Part shown: positions 10,202 to 20,036 of the stretch, piece by piece
Layout of the letters: every line of letters starts with the position of its first letter
Position numbering within the stretch: the stretch's first letter is position 1
NCBI GenBank assembly: GCA_963811105.1
Contig: CAWEPZ010000002.1
Coordinates: forward strand, 160,001 to 224,000
Direction of reading: 5' to 3'
Source: Candidatus Bathyarchaeota archaeon
Lineage (GTDB): Archaea; Thermoproteota; Bathyarchaeia; Bathyarchaeales; Bathycorpusculaceae
Length of the DNA: 64,000 nt
The notes under the pieces: generated by a model
What the model was told of the DNA's origin: nothing
The model's database searches: none
Seen by the model: the letters and a program-made list of their open reading frames with translations, nothing else
Made by a program: the position numbers and the translations under genes

Positions 10202-11623
10202 GTGCTGTTTTTGGCAAACGAGGATCATCTTGCGATTCTGAAAAAGGGAGTTGCGGTTTGGAACCAGTGGAGACAAGAAAATCCTTCCATTAAACCAGAC
10301 CTTAGCTATGCAAGACTTATTCAAGCAGATCTTATTGGAGCAGATCTTAGCAATTCAGATCTTGCCTATGCGATCCTTACGGAAGCAAACCTTGTCGATG
10401 CAGACCTGAGAGAAGCCCAGCTTTTCGGAGCACACCTCAGCAAAGCAAACCTTACCAGAGCAAACCTCACTAAATCAAACATTGGCGACGCAGACCTTAG
10501 GAAGGCAAATCTCACTCAAGCACACCTTGAGGAAGCAGACTTTGGATATGCAAACCTTAGTGAAGCAAACCTCAGCGGAGCATACCTTTATGGGGCATAC
10601 CTTGGTGGAGTAGACGAAGGATTAACAAACCTAAGAAAGATAAACCTTAGCAAAGCCTCGCTTGACGGAGCAGACCTTAGCGGGTCAGATCTTACGTATG
10701 CAAACTTTACTGAAGCAAAGGTTAGAGACGCACGTCTTTTTGGAGTAAACCTTAGGAAAGCAAACCTTACCAAAGCAGACCTTAGCGGGTCAGATCTTAC
10801 TGATGCTTGCCTTGTAGAGGCGGACCTTACAAAAGCTAACCTTACCGAAGTAAACCTTAACGGAGCAAACCTTAACAGAGCAAACCTTAACAGAGCAAAT
10901 CTAACCAAAGCAGACCTTAGCAAAGCATACCTTAGATATGCAAACCTCAGTAAAGCCAATCTAATTGGGACAGTAATAGTTGGAGCAAAATTGAACGGGG
11001 CAAAACTAACTGGTTGCAAAGTTTTTGGCATTTCTGCATGGGGGCTAAGAGGTTTGGAAGAGGCAGAGCAATCAAATCTTGTCATCACCCCTGTCGGCGA
11101 GCCTAAAATTACTGTTGATAATCTTGAAGTGGCTCAGTTTATCTACATAATGCTTCATAGCGAAAAAATTCGTTCAGTACTTGATACAATAACATCCAAA
11201 GTTGTTCTTATACTTGGTCGCTTCACTCCAGAACGAAAAGCGATATTAGAAGCAATTAGAATCGAGCTTCGCAAGAGAAACTATTTGCCTATATTGTTTG
11301 ATTTTGAGAAACCTAAAAGCAGGGACTTAACTGAAACAGTCTCAACTTTAGCTCATATGGCTCGGTTTGTTATTGCTGATATTACAGATGCGGCAAGCGT
11401 ACGTGAGGAATTGGGAAGAATTGTTCCTGATCTTCCATCGGTTCCAGTTCAGCCGATTCTTCGGTTTTCTGACAAAAAATACGCTATGTTTGAACACTAT
11501 GAGCGATACCCTTGGGTTCTTAAAATACATCGATACAATGACTTGGCTGATCTGCTTAATTCTCTTGTAGAAAAAGTCATTGCTCCTGCCGAAGAAAAAG
11601 CAAAGGAACTGCAAAAACGATGA
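10202..11623 (+). CDS. Pentapeptide-repeat protein with C-terminal TIR/NDT-like Rossmann domain (probable TTG start at 10211)
   Basis: Long run of A(D/N)Lxx repeats; MANEDHLAILKKGVAVWNQWR N-cap; C-terminal VLILGRF...LPILFDF...ARFVIADITD..SV.EEL. Confidence 0.9.
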   Translation: MLFLANEDHLAILKKGVAVWNQWRQENPSIKPDLSYARLIQADLIGADLSNSDLAYAILTEANLVDADLREAQLFGAHLSKANLTRANLTKSNIGDADLRKANLTQAHLEEADFGYANLSEANLSGAYLYGAYLGGVDEGLTNLRKINLSKASLDGADLSGSDLTYANFTEAKVRDARLFGVNLRKANLTKADLSGSDLTDACLVEADLTKANLTEVNLNGANLNRANLNRANLTKADLSKAYLRYANLSKANLIGTVIVGAKLNGAKLTGCKVFGISAWGLRGLEEAEQSNLVITPVGEPKITVDNLEVAQFIYIMLHSEKIRSVLDTITSKVVLILGRFTPERKAILEAIRIELRKRNYLPILFDFEKPKSRDLTETVSTLAHMARFVIADITDAASVREELGRIVPDLPSVPVQPILRFSDKKYAMFEHYERYPWVLKIHRYNDLADLLNSLVEKVIAPAEEKAKELQKR

Positions 11624-11699
11624 AAAAGTGATTGCAATACAATGATGTTGTTTGTATCCTCAAAAAAATCAATGAAGAAAATGTTAGATCTCGAAAGAA

Positions 11700-12045
11700 A
11701 AGTGATTGTTTGAGCCTTAGAACTTTTGCGCGTAGATTCTCTTCTGTAGAGGTGTGTCTGCTTAGAATTGAATTTAAGAATGTGCCGCCGAAAAAACAAG
11801 AGAATCTGCTTTTCAGTTGCGACTATGCTTTTGTTCTGAACGTTTTAATCGATCTTCAAGTTTTCTTTCCCGTTATTTCTTCTCAAGCCCAGCTAATGGA
11901 GCCATAGCAAGAACAGTAAGACCCCGCTCAATTTTCTTGAATACGTCCATTTGCATTGCGCCTCTGTCAAATCTTACGATTTCAAATTCATAAAGCAAGT
12001 TTCCAAAATTGAAATATATATCAAGAATCGGAATATCCCGTTAGA
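11700..12045 (-). pseudogene. Degraded coding remnant
   Basis: Protein-like frame DIPILDIYFNFGNLLYEFEIVRFDRGAMQMDVFKKIERGLTVLAMAPLAGLEKK*RERKLEDRLKR interrupted by stops. Confidence 0.35.
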
Positions 12046-12630
12046 GTCCTCAATCGATGAAGACGAAATAGCAAAATCTACCGATGAGCATCCTCAAGCG
12101 CGCCTAAACAACTTTAGAAAACAAAAATTACTCTTCTAGAGACTTTCCCATTAGCTTTTTTCTGCTAGCGAAAATCAAAACCCTACGTCTCTAAGAAATT
12201 GCTATCTTGACTATTAATTCAATGTGCTAAGACATAAACTCTCACTACTTATAATTCGTTGAGGATACGAAAAATAAATCCCTGCATCAATCACTACATT
12301 TTGTCTACCCATTATAACCCAAGACGTTTAGCATAAGTTGAAGCACTTAAGCAAAGTACGAATGACAAATAGGAAAGAAAGTGGAAATTAGATAATATTA
12401 CGAAGATGCGCAAATTGGAAACGTTGCACCTGACATTCAAGAACATTTTGGTTGGTTATCGTTTCGACAAAACGGTTGGAACGATCCTTGAAGAGAGTCA
12501 TGTTATGTCCATTGCCTAGTTAAGGGAAAGATATGCTTACCATAAGACTTTACGACACCAGACAATGTTGCGTGTTCATTTTTGCAGAAGGTTAAGGCAG
12601 ACCCATCGTTGCACTAATCTGCATGATTTG

Positions 12631-13413
12631 CTAACGATTCGTTTTTTTTGCAGGAACAGCATTTAGGTTTTGTGCTGCACTCCCACTTTCAGTTTCTGTT
12701 TTTCCTATTTTTATTAATGCTGAAACTTGGTTAAGCAAATTAATTGCCCATACTGCACTATATCCACCAAGTCCGCATAACAGCATTACAAAGTACAGTT
12801 GTTGGTCTTGCGCAAACTGTGATTGCCCTGTAGCTGCAATAAACCCAGCATAGAAAATAAAGTATACTAATGCCCCCAATATGGCACCAATGAGTGGTAA
12901 TGAAATATACCAAGTATACCATACTCTTCTGAAAGCTTGGTTGTTTATGTTCTGCCAGTGATACCAGAACCCTTGCAAAACACCTCCTGTGGAACCCCAG
13001 ATAAACGCCCACGTTGGAACCCAAAGTATTGAACTGGATAGCATCCAATTCGTCCAACCAAACCAAATTACTAAGTTAAAAATAAATACTGAAATTAGGT
13101 ACGTCAATGCAAGTCCCCCATAATACTCCACGAATCGCCACCAAAAACCCTTACCGTCTATAGCCTGACTGAATTCCATGCGCGCAGAACTGTACGCCAT
13201 AGAGGCATTGTCAATATCTGGGGGGTCCGTGCGTAAGAACTTGAAAGCTGCGATTATGTTTGTTTGAATATTATCGTGCATGGCGGTAGTGGAGCATCCT
13301 TGCTTTGGTTTGTTTGCAGCACAAAATAATCCATTCTCAGTGGAAGTGTCAAAATGAGTTTGTAAATCCGTAATTTGAGAATATAAATAATCGAACTGAG
13401 GCTGTTTAGACAA
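12631..13413 (-). CDS. Multi-pass membrane protein of unknown function
   Basis: Four to five TMs with WGSTGGVL, W-Y...P-LIGAILG and LCGLGGYS motifs. Confidence 0.7.
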   Translation of the reverse strand: MSKQPQFDYLYSQITDLQTHFDTSTENGLFCAANKPKQGCSTTAMHDNIQTNIIAAFKFLRTDPPDIDNASMAYSSARMEFSQAIDGKGFWWRFVEYYGGLALTYLISVFIFNLVIWFGWTNWMLSSSILWVPTWAFIWGSTGGVLQGFWYHWQNINNQAFRRVWYTWYISLPLIGAILGALVYFIFYAGFIAATGQSQFAQDQQLYFVMLLCGLGGYSAVWAINLLNQVSALIKIGKTETESGSAAQNLNAVPAKKTNR

Positions 13414-13504
13414 AATTTTCCCTCGGCCGTATTTTAGCTATTACAACTTTTTTTATAGCTTAATATGTGTACTTTTCTTTTTAACTTTTGTCCTACGACA
13501 GAAG

Positions 13505-13666
13505 ATGGATACTTTAGCGAAGTGTAACTTTAGCAATAAAAGAATAATTGGAGTAAAATTGAATGGAGCAACTCTTACTGATCATAAAGTCTTTGCTATT
13601 TCTGCTGTCGCCAAGCTGCAAAATCCAAGAATACCGTTAAACAAATTAGGTGCCTTCTTTAGTTAG
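13505..13666 (+). pseudogene. Remnant of a pentapeptide-repeat gene paralogous to 10202-11623
   Basis: LAKCNFSNKRIIGVKLNGATLTDHKVFAISA aligns with LSKANLIGTVIVGAKLNGAKLTGCKVFGISA. Confidence 0.7.
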
Positions 13667-13827
13667 TCTCAAATACGGTTACGCGCATACTCAGAGTTAC
13701 AAAATATAGCGAAGAAGAAAGGGGATTATAGCTCCAAAAAGAAGCACAATGATTCAGAATGTCATGTTTCAAGGCTTAATGACAGAACAACAAGTGAATT
13801 AGGGATACGCAAACTTAAAAAAATCAA

Positions 13828-14193
13828 TTGAGATTGTCGATATTTGGAGCGACGAGTTTGACCGAGCAAGAAAAAGTAGCTTATTTGCAAAAGAAAATCA
13901 AAGAAGCAAAAAAATGGAAGACAACTGGGACAATAGTTATCCTTATAGGAATTGTCAGTATTTTTCTTGGAATAATGCTTGATAGTTTCTCGGAATTTAC
14001 TATTGTTGCATTTTGTCTTGCTTATGGAATTTATCTTTTTGTGCGCCATACTGGACAATCCAATAATCTAGTAAAAGAACTGGAAAAAATGAATCGAACA
14101 ATCCCTAACCCACCATGCCTTAACTGTGGAAAGGAACTACCAAACAAAAACTATGGATTTTGTCCATTCTGCGGAGCATCACTCAAACACTGA
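13828..14193 (+). CDS. 2-TM protein with C-terminal zinc ribbon
   Basis: Two TMs; CLNCG...FCPFCG. Confidence 0.75.
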   Translation: MRLSIFGATSLTEQEKVAYLQKKIKEAKKWKTTGTIVILIGIVSIFLGIMLDSFSEFTIVAFCLAYGIYLFVRHTGQSNNLVKELEKMNRTIPNPPCLNCGKELPNKNYGFCPFCGASLKH

Positions 14194-14245
14194 ACCTTTC
14201 AAATTCCGAAATATCCATCTATCTCATTTCAGTCGGTTACTAACT

Positions 14246-14431
14246 TTAAAAATATTCAAATTTTCCACCGCACATAAGGCATTCAGTTGGAAACGCCTTT
14301 TGACTACGCATCAGTTGATATGAGCACAAAAAGCAGAAGTAAATCTGGCATTTGTAACAGCATTTGAAGCCTCCTGCAATCATCCTACCGCAAGCATCGC
14401 ATGGTCGAGTTAAATCAACCATAATTGCCAT
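14246..14431 (-). CDS. Small Cys-rich zinc-finger protein
   Basis: CDAC, CYKC, CFLC and CLMC (four CxxC pairs); start MAIMVD. Confidence 0.7.
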   Translation of the reverse strand: MAIMVDLTRPCDACGRMIAGGFKCCYKCQIYFCFLCSYQLMRSQKAFPTECLMCGGKFEYF

Positions 14432-14602
14432 ATAGCTAAAAATGCGCATAAAAGGCAAATGTTGAAGAGACATCTTGGATTAGTGGAGGGCTAAATTAAA
14501 GTGATCAGAAGAAAAGTAACAAATCTTAAGAACAAATTCAACCTTTAATGCTTACTCATACTATTTGATGATAGCGCCGAGCAAATTTGAAGGAAAAGAT
14601 GA

Positions 14603-15475
14603 ATGACCGATTTTACTTATAAATTACCCGATTCTTCAAGTTTTCTTGAAGCACTTTTAATTTTGTTAAGAGAAAAAAACAATTACACAATTGCCAATTG
14701 GCTTTCTGAGACTAAGTTATCGCTTACAAACACAGGTACATTTTCACGGTATAAAGGAGGAAAAATTTGGAATGCATATGCCATAATTGCAGATTTTGCC
14801 ATATATCGCTTTGAGTATCTTGACCTAATAAAATACTTCAAAGAAGAGGAAATGGAAATCGTAAAGTTAAGATGCAATGAAGTTATGCCCCAAGATTCTG
14901 GATATGAGGTAACAGAAGTTAAGCTATCAATTTCTGTGGAAGATAGAAAGCAAGGTCGAGATGCAATGCAGGATATAAAGAAAATCACCGAGGAATTGCC
15001 ACAGAAGATGATGGTTGCAGTAATACCCGATGAAATTGAAGTTAAAGCTAAGGAAATGTCTGAAGTCTATCTTTTTACCTATTGCATTGAAAATTCTTTG
15101 AGGGCATTCATCGAAAAAATTGCTTTGGATAACTATGGTGATAAATATCTTGAGTCTTTGATTTTATCAAAAGAAATGAAGGATAAAATCAGAAAAAGAA
15201 AAGAATCAATAGGAAAGAAGAAATGGCTTAGTGCAAGAGGAACCTCTGACATATTCTATTTGGATATTGAAGACTTAGGTAATCTGATTCAAAATAATTG
15301 GACCATTTTCAAGGATTACTTTGAAAGCATTCAATGGATTACAACAAACATTAGTGAAATTGCGGATTGCAGAAATACAGTTGCACATCATGGATATTTG
15401 CAAGCACACGAGCGAGATATAATCAGAATAAACTTCATAAAAATACTTAAACAAATAAGTGACACTTTCAAATGA
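14603..15475 (+). CDS. Swt1-like HEPN domain protein (putative RNase, defence)
   Basis: Y...Y.IENSLR.FI, YLDIEDL..LI..NW..F and the Rx4H motif RNTVAH. Confidence 0.75.
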   Translation: MTDFTYKLPDSSSFLEALLILLREKNNYTIANWLSETKLSLTNTGTFSRYKGGKIWNAYAIIADFAIYRFEYLDLIKYFKEEEMEIVKLRCNEVMPQDSGYEVTEVKLSISVEDRKQGRDAMQDIKKITEELPQKMMVAVIPDEIEVKAKEMSEVYLFTYCIENSLRAFIEKIALDNYGDKYLESLILSKEMKDKIRKRKESIGKKKWLSARGTSDIFYLDIEDLGNLIQNNWTIFKDYFESIQWITTNISEIADCRNTVAHHGYLQAHERDIIRINFIKILKQISDTFK

Positions 15476-15624
15476 AGACTAAACTTAGACTGAAGTGCAA
15501 ATCTTGCGGTCACTGGAATAGAACAGAAGTTGAAAAGTTATTCTTTAACATAGATAGCCAAGAGCCTTAAGGTGCAATTGTTTTTGCCTTCATATTTATC
15601 TCTTAAAACTGAAACATGCTCTAA

Positions 15625-16401
15625 GTGCAAAAGTGTGATGGCAGAACCAAAAATAGCAATCAAGATTGTGAAAAATTGAGCAAACAAGAGAAAAGGGCAA
15701 AAGCAATTGCCAACCTTAAAATGGAATTTTGCAAGATCATAAAAGGTATATTTGAATTTAAGAAGGCTTTTTTATTTTACTTCATTGTTTTGCTCATTAG
15801 CGTAATTATTTTTGGCATCTCTCAGTTTTACTCTAATTTAGAGAACATACTTTCAGCATCCAGAGCAACTCAATGGGGTATCATTACCTCTATTTTTGTT
15901 CACTCTAACCTTGCGCATTTGGCTTTTAATATGGGAAGTTTATTTGCATTTATTTTTTTCTTTGCATTTTGCAATTCTACATTCAGTCTTCAAATCAAGA
16001 GGAGAATAGAAAACTTTTTTTTAGTTTCAGTTTTTGTATTTGCTGTAACCTCTAATATCTTATGGATAGCTCTTGCTTCAAAGGGCACAATTGGGGCTTC
16101 AGGATTAGTTTACGCAGTTGAAGGTGACCTCATAGGCTTTTCACTTGTCAATAGCTTGCAGTTGCACAGTCTTTCTAAATTTAAGGTTCTGAACATTACA
16201 ACAAGGTTAGTAGTTTTTATGAATATTGTTGTTTGTTTTGCTGTGATAGCTGAAGTTTTCCTAAATACAGATATTTTTCTTGGTGTTGGACAAGGTGTGA
16301 ACATAATTTCTCATGGTTTGTCTTTTCTATTGGGACTTTTTATTAGCTTTATCTGGTGTTACGCTATTGCAAAGGTATCTATTCTGAACCGAATGGCTTA
16401 A
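15625..16401 (+). CDS. Rhomboid-family intramembrane serine protease
   Basis: TSIFVHSNLAHLAFNM, GASG catalytic Ser, SHGLSFLLG His. Confidence 0.85.
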   Translation: MQKCDGRTKNSNQDCEKLSKQEKRAKAIANLKMEFCKIIKGIFEFKKAFLFYFIVLLISVIIFGISQFYSNLENILSASRATQWGIITSIFVHSNLAHLAFNMGSLFAFIFFFAFCNSTFSLQIKRRIENFFLVSVFVFAVTSNILWIALASKGTIGASGLVYAVEGDLIGFSLVNSLQLHSLSKFKVLNITTRLVVFMNIVVCFAVIAEVFLNTDIFLGVGQGVNIISHGLSFLLGLFISFIWCYAIAKVSILNRMA

Positions 16402-16444
16402 ACTTTTATGTGCATACAAATCAAATACCAACGTAGGTAAGAAT

Positions 16445-16888
16445 ATGAGTGAATTAATTGGTCCTCTTGCAGGTATCCTTATTGGATTTGGTCTAGATAG
16501 AACATACACTGGCTATAAAGACCGCAAGCATAGGCGAGAGTTAAAAGTAAACTTGGAAACGGAATTAAAGAAATGCAAAGAACTCTTAACTGGAAAAGGT
16601 AACTTATTGCCTACAGTAATGTGGAATTCAGCTATTTCAAGTGGCGATATTGGGCTTCTTTCTTTTACTGATAGAACTAAACTATCATCACTTTATTTTG
16701 AAATCGACAATTTTAATTATGAAGCAAAGAGAGTAAGAGATGTTGCAGTTATAGTAAATTCTTCACATGGCAATGATGCCATAGCATATTGGAAAGGTCT
16801 AACCGTTTCTATTATGAATAATGAGTTACTATTAAAAGAAAAAATAGATAAAATGCTTGAGGAACAACTTTGGAACAATAGAAGTTAG
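16445..16888 (+). CDS. Hypothetical protein with N-terminal TM
   Basis: LIGPLAGILIGFGL followed by a helical domain. Confidence 0.7.
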   Translation: MSELIGPLAGILIGFGLDRTYTGYKDRKHRRELKVNLETELKKCKELLTGKGNLLPTVMWNSAISSGDIGLLSFTDRTKLSSLYFEIDNFNYEAKRVRDVAVIVNSSHGNDAIAYWKGLTVSIMNNELLLKEKIDKMLEEQLWNNRS

Positions 16889-16924
16889 ACTTAAAAGAAT
16901 AGTTGAATTAGGTTTTACGTCTCA

Positions 16925-17366
16925 ATGTCTGTGTATGACACTTTTTCTCCTTGACAGGGAGTGAAGATTGCTAAGCCAATTCTGTTATCTATGATTGCTA
17001 ATGAATGGTTCTTTACAATTATCTAATTTGCTCTATGCAATATTTGGATAAACCTTTGAATTGTATTGCATAACCTGTTTGTGGGGATTATTGGGTTCAT
17101 TTTCTATTGTAGACATGGCTTGAGATCCCAACTCTGGACTTTTGAATGCAATTTCTTTAAGAAGATTCATAGCTGAACTTTATTCAAGGAAAATAACCCT
17201 TCTTGCTTTAGCGTTGCTAATTCTCCTTAGTTTTTGACAGTTTTTTGTTCATGAAATAAATGTAGATGTCAACGTTGTAGCTTTTGTTTTCAATAGGAGT
17301 TTTATGGGTGTTCATACTTTTACTTTGCATAATTTACCTTCTATGCGTACAGTTAAAAGAAAGTAA
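16925..17366 (+). pseudogene. Degraded membrane-protein gene, possibly a rhomboid remnant
   Basis: Hydrophobic fragments broken by stops and frameshifts; SNLLYAIF and VDVNVVA resemble SNILWIAL and QGVNIISH of the upstream rhomboid. Confidence 0.25.
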
Positions 17367-17548
17367 TCCTTATTGCCAAATAACACTTTTTGAGTACACT
17401 AATTCGTTAATTAAACCAAGTACAGTTTGCTTTTCGAGAATTTCACTCCTGCAGGCTTAGAAACTTTTCTTTCCTTCAAAGCAGACTGGTTCAATCAAAC
17501 TTGGACATAAAATGTAAGGACATAGGATTAAGTGGTCAAAAACAGGCA

Positions 17549-18517
17549 TTAGACGGAATGTCTTTTTCTCAAAATCCATGTTCCTTTTAGGGTACCAGAT
17601 TCAGGGGGTTTAATACGCATTGCGGATATTTTTTTATTGCCATTAACTCTATTTATGCTCATTGAGGGTTCATTTGAGAAACTGCTAACTTTTAGGAAAA
17701 TCCTTGATGGTCCTGAAAAGGAAACATCTGAAGAATTAGAATCTAAAATGAAGTGAATAGTCTCACTTGGGTCTATATTTGAGAGTAAAAGGAAAATAAT
17801 CTTATAACCCTTTTTGTCTAGAAAGTCAATTCTAAGTACGTCTCCTGAAAATACAATGTTACCCATGCCAATGTCTAAAAGGTCCCTTGGTTTAGCCAAA
17901 TTAACTCTAATTTGATTATAAGTAATTGATGGTTCTTCAAAAGTCAATTTTACCCAGATTTGAAAGTAACAGTTTTCAGACCTGTTATAGACACTGAATT
18001 GAGTCCTTACATTCCATTGTGAAAAGTTGAGTGTTATACTCTCAGGCACTACAATTATTGGGTCGTTTTTAAAGATGTCCTTTTTTTTCCTAGCTTCCTC
18101 AAGAAGTTTTCCAACTATTGCTACAAACTCTTTGTCCACAAATTTAGGTTCAGATAGTATTAGCTCACCATTAATCATATCAGGTATTTGTACTCCACGT
18201 TGTATTTCACTCATCTTTGACTTAACAAATTCTCTACACAATCTCTCTTTGTGCAAGATTTCAGGGTTGACAATTACTATTTTTATGTCTGCTGGAGAAT
18301 TATGCATGATAATAAGGTCATGTTCAAAATCTGCTTTCCATATGACTTCAACAAAAATCTTGATATTATCAGGTGTTAAAACACAAATGTCATTTACTTG
18401 TCCACCATCAGCATACTCTGTAAGACCTGTTCCATAAACTTCTTTCAGCTTGCTTAGGACAATCTCTTTTATCTTTTTATGCTGGCTTGTTTCGTGAGAC
18501 ATGTCTTTATTCAACAT
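17549..18517 (-). CDS. Hypothetical protein, possible N-terminal PD-(D/E)XK-like domain
   Basis: ETSQHKKIK...VNDI...IFVEV pattern; beta-rich C-terminal half. Confidence 0.55.
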   Translation of the reverse strand: MLNKDMSHETSQHKKIKEIVLSKLKEVYGTGLTEYADGGQVNDICVLTPDNIKIFVEVIWKADFEHDLIIMHNSPADIKIVIVNPEILHKERLCREFVKSKMSEIQRGVQIPDMINGELILSEPKFVDKEFVAIVGKLLEEARKKKDIFKNDPIIVVPESITLNFSQWNVRTQFSVYNRSENCYFQIWVKLTFEEPSITYNQIRVNLAKPRDLLDIGMGNIVFSGDVLRIDFLDKKGYKIIFLLLSNIDPSETIHFILDSNSSDVSFSGPSRIFLKVSSFSNEPSMSINRVNGNKKISAMRIKPPESGTLKGTWILRKRHSV

Positions 18518-18695
18518 TTCTTGGTATTCAAAGATATTAAAGAAACTAGCTATTGTTTCACCTATTCTTTGATGTAAGTTAGTCTTTACCTCATAGTAAC
18601 CTTCATTCAGCTCCTAAATTTACCAACATTTTCCTTGAAATAGTGCCCCGCAAATCCTTAATCAAGGCTTCTTATTTCCGTCAAGGTCTTACGTC

Positions 18696-19274
18696 TCAAT
18701 ATCGTTCAAGATACTTTTTCGTATTTGACCTTAAGCTCTGAATTCTTGATTCTGTTGAGATGGCAGTGCTAAACCGATTTATCTTAACAAAGGGGAATTT
18801 ATCATTGCTTTTTGGTGGATAATCAAAAGTTGGATCATGTAAAATATCATCCATCACGTAAGGTTCACTCGATACGCTTTTTTTGTTCTCGAAAAAGCTG
18901 AAGCTATCGTAGGTTTCCCGTGCACGTTTAAGATCAGCTTGCAGCAGCTTAGAGACTTTGTCTCTTGTTAGCTTAACGGGTTTCTCACTCCAAAACCCTA
19001 ACGGCAAACTTAACGCTGCTTTGTTTTTTGTTTTTGAGCGTGTGCTTAACTTCAATACGTGTGGTGAAAGGAAATTCGGGTTTATTCCATAAGCGAAAAT
19101 AGTCCTCAATAAAGTAATGCAAGCATGCCTTCCATAAACGCGGATAGGTTTCCCTTCTTCACGCATCATGTAAGTTTTTGCTCTAAAACTTGCAAGCTCG
19201 CCTTTCCCCTTCACTTCCATAATAACAGGTAGACTAAACTCGCCATTAGATAATTCCGCATGTTTCCCTGACAT
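18696..19274 (-). CDS. Hypothetical protein (ORF track extends to 19418)
   Basis: Open frame with probable start MSGKHAE; no recognisable motif. Confidence 0.55.
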   Translation of the reverse strand: MSGKHAELSNGEFSLPVIMEVKGKGELASFRAKTYMMREEGKPIRVYGRHACITLLRTIFAYGINPNFLSPHVLKLSTRSKTKNKAALSLPLGFWSEKPVKLTRDKVSKLLQADLKRARETYDSFSFFENKKSVSSEPYVMDDILHDPTFDYPPKSNDKFPFVKINRFSTAISTESRIQSLRSNTKKYLERY

Positions 19275-19434
19275 ATCCGATTCGCTAAAGATTGAATCGG
19301 TGGCGAGGAGGCAAAAGTAATCTCTGAAATGCTCTGTAAACTGTAAAAACCCACGCAAAATTAGGTTTGTAACACTCCTTTTTGCGACAAAAGTCGTTGA
19401 TTTCTTATATTTTGTCATTGCATAATAAGAACTA

Positions 19435-20031
19435 TTGAAGGCACGTAATTTGGGTCAGACTTCGGAATTAATTATCTACACAATCGGGCACTCAATAAGA
19501 ACTATTACTGAATTCACCGAGTTGCTCAAAACCTACGGTATAACCTTAGTTATTGATGTGCGCACAGTTCCAAGAAGCAGACATAACCCCCAGTTTAATA
19601 AGGAAACCCTGCCCAGCAGCCTCAAAACCCACGCAGTAAAATACATTCACATTCCAGACATCGGCGGTTTACGCCGACCCAAACACGACTCCATAAACCT
19701 AGCATGGAGAAACAGCAGCTTTCGAGGCTACGCAGACTATATGCAGACCAAAGAATTCAACGACAACCTACTAAAAATTACCGCGTTGGCACGAGAGAAC
19801 TGTTTGGCGTTAATGTGTGCTGAAGCCTTGCCTTGGCGGTGCCACCGAAGCCTCATATCAGATGCCCTCGTGATTCGAAACGTTAAGGTGCAGCACATCA
19901 TAAGCTCGAATAGTTGTATTAATCATGCACTTAATGAGATGGCGCATGTGGAAGGAAACCAAATCACATACCCATTATTCACCAAAGAAACACCCCAGAG
20001 AACGCTTGGGGATTTTGGTTCAACCGAATAG
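19435..20031 (+). CDS. DUF488 family protein
   Basis: IYTIGHS, IDVRTVPRSRHNPQFN, GGLR and LMCAEALPWRCHRSLI motifs. Confidence 0.9.
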   Translation: MKARNLGQTSELIIYTIGHSIRTITEFTELLKTYGITLVIDVRTVPRSRHNPQFNKETLPSSLKTHAVKYIHIPDIGGLRRPKHDSINLAWRNSSFRGYADYMQTKEFNDNLLKITALARENCLALMCAEALPWRCHRSLISDALVIRNVKVQHIISSNSCINHALNEMAHVEGNQITYPLFTKETPQRTLGDFGSTE

Positions 20032-20036
20032 TTGCA

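Noticed and set aside
10588-11088. RFALL-repeat ORF on the minus strand
   Set aside because: Antisense shadow of the pentapeptide repeats
11623-11709. Short direct repeat AAAAGTGATTG
   Set aside because: Only 11 bp in AT-rich DNA, with no associated element
14213-14233. TCCATCTATCT..TTTCAGT similarity to the minus strand at ~63140-63164
   Set aside because: An 11-bp plus 7-bp gapped match can arise by chance in 64 kb; needs a genome-wide search
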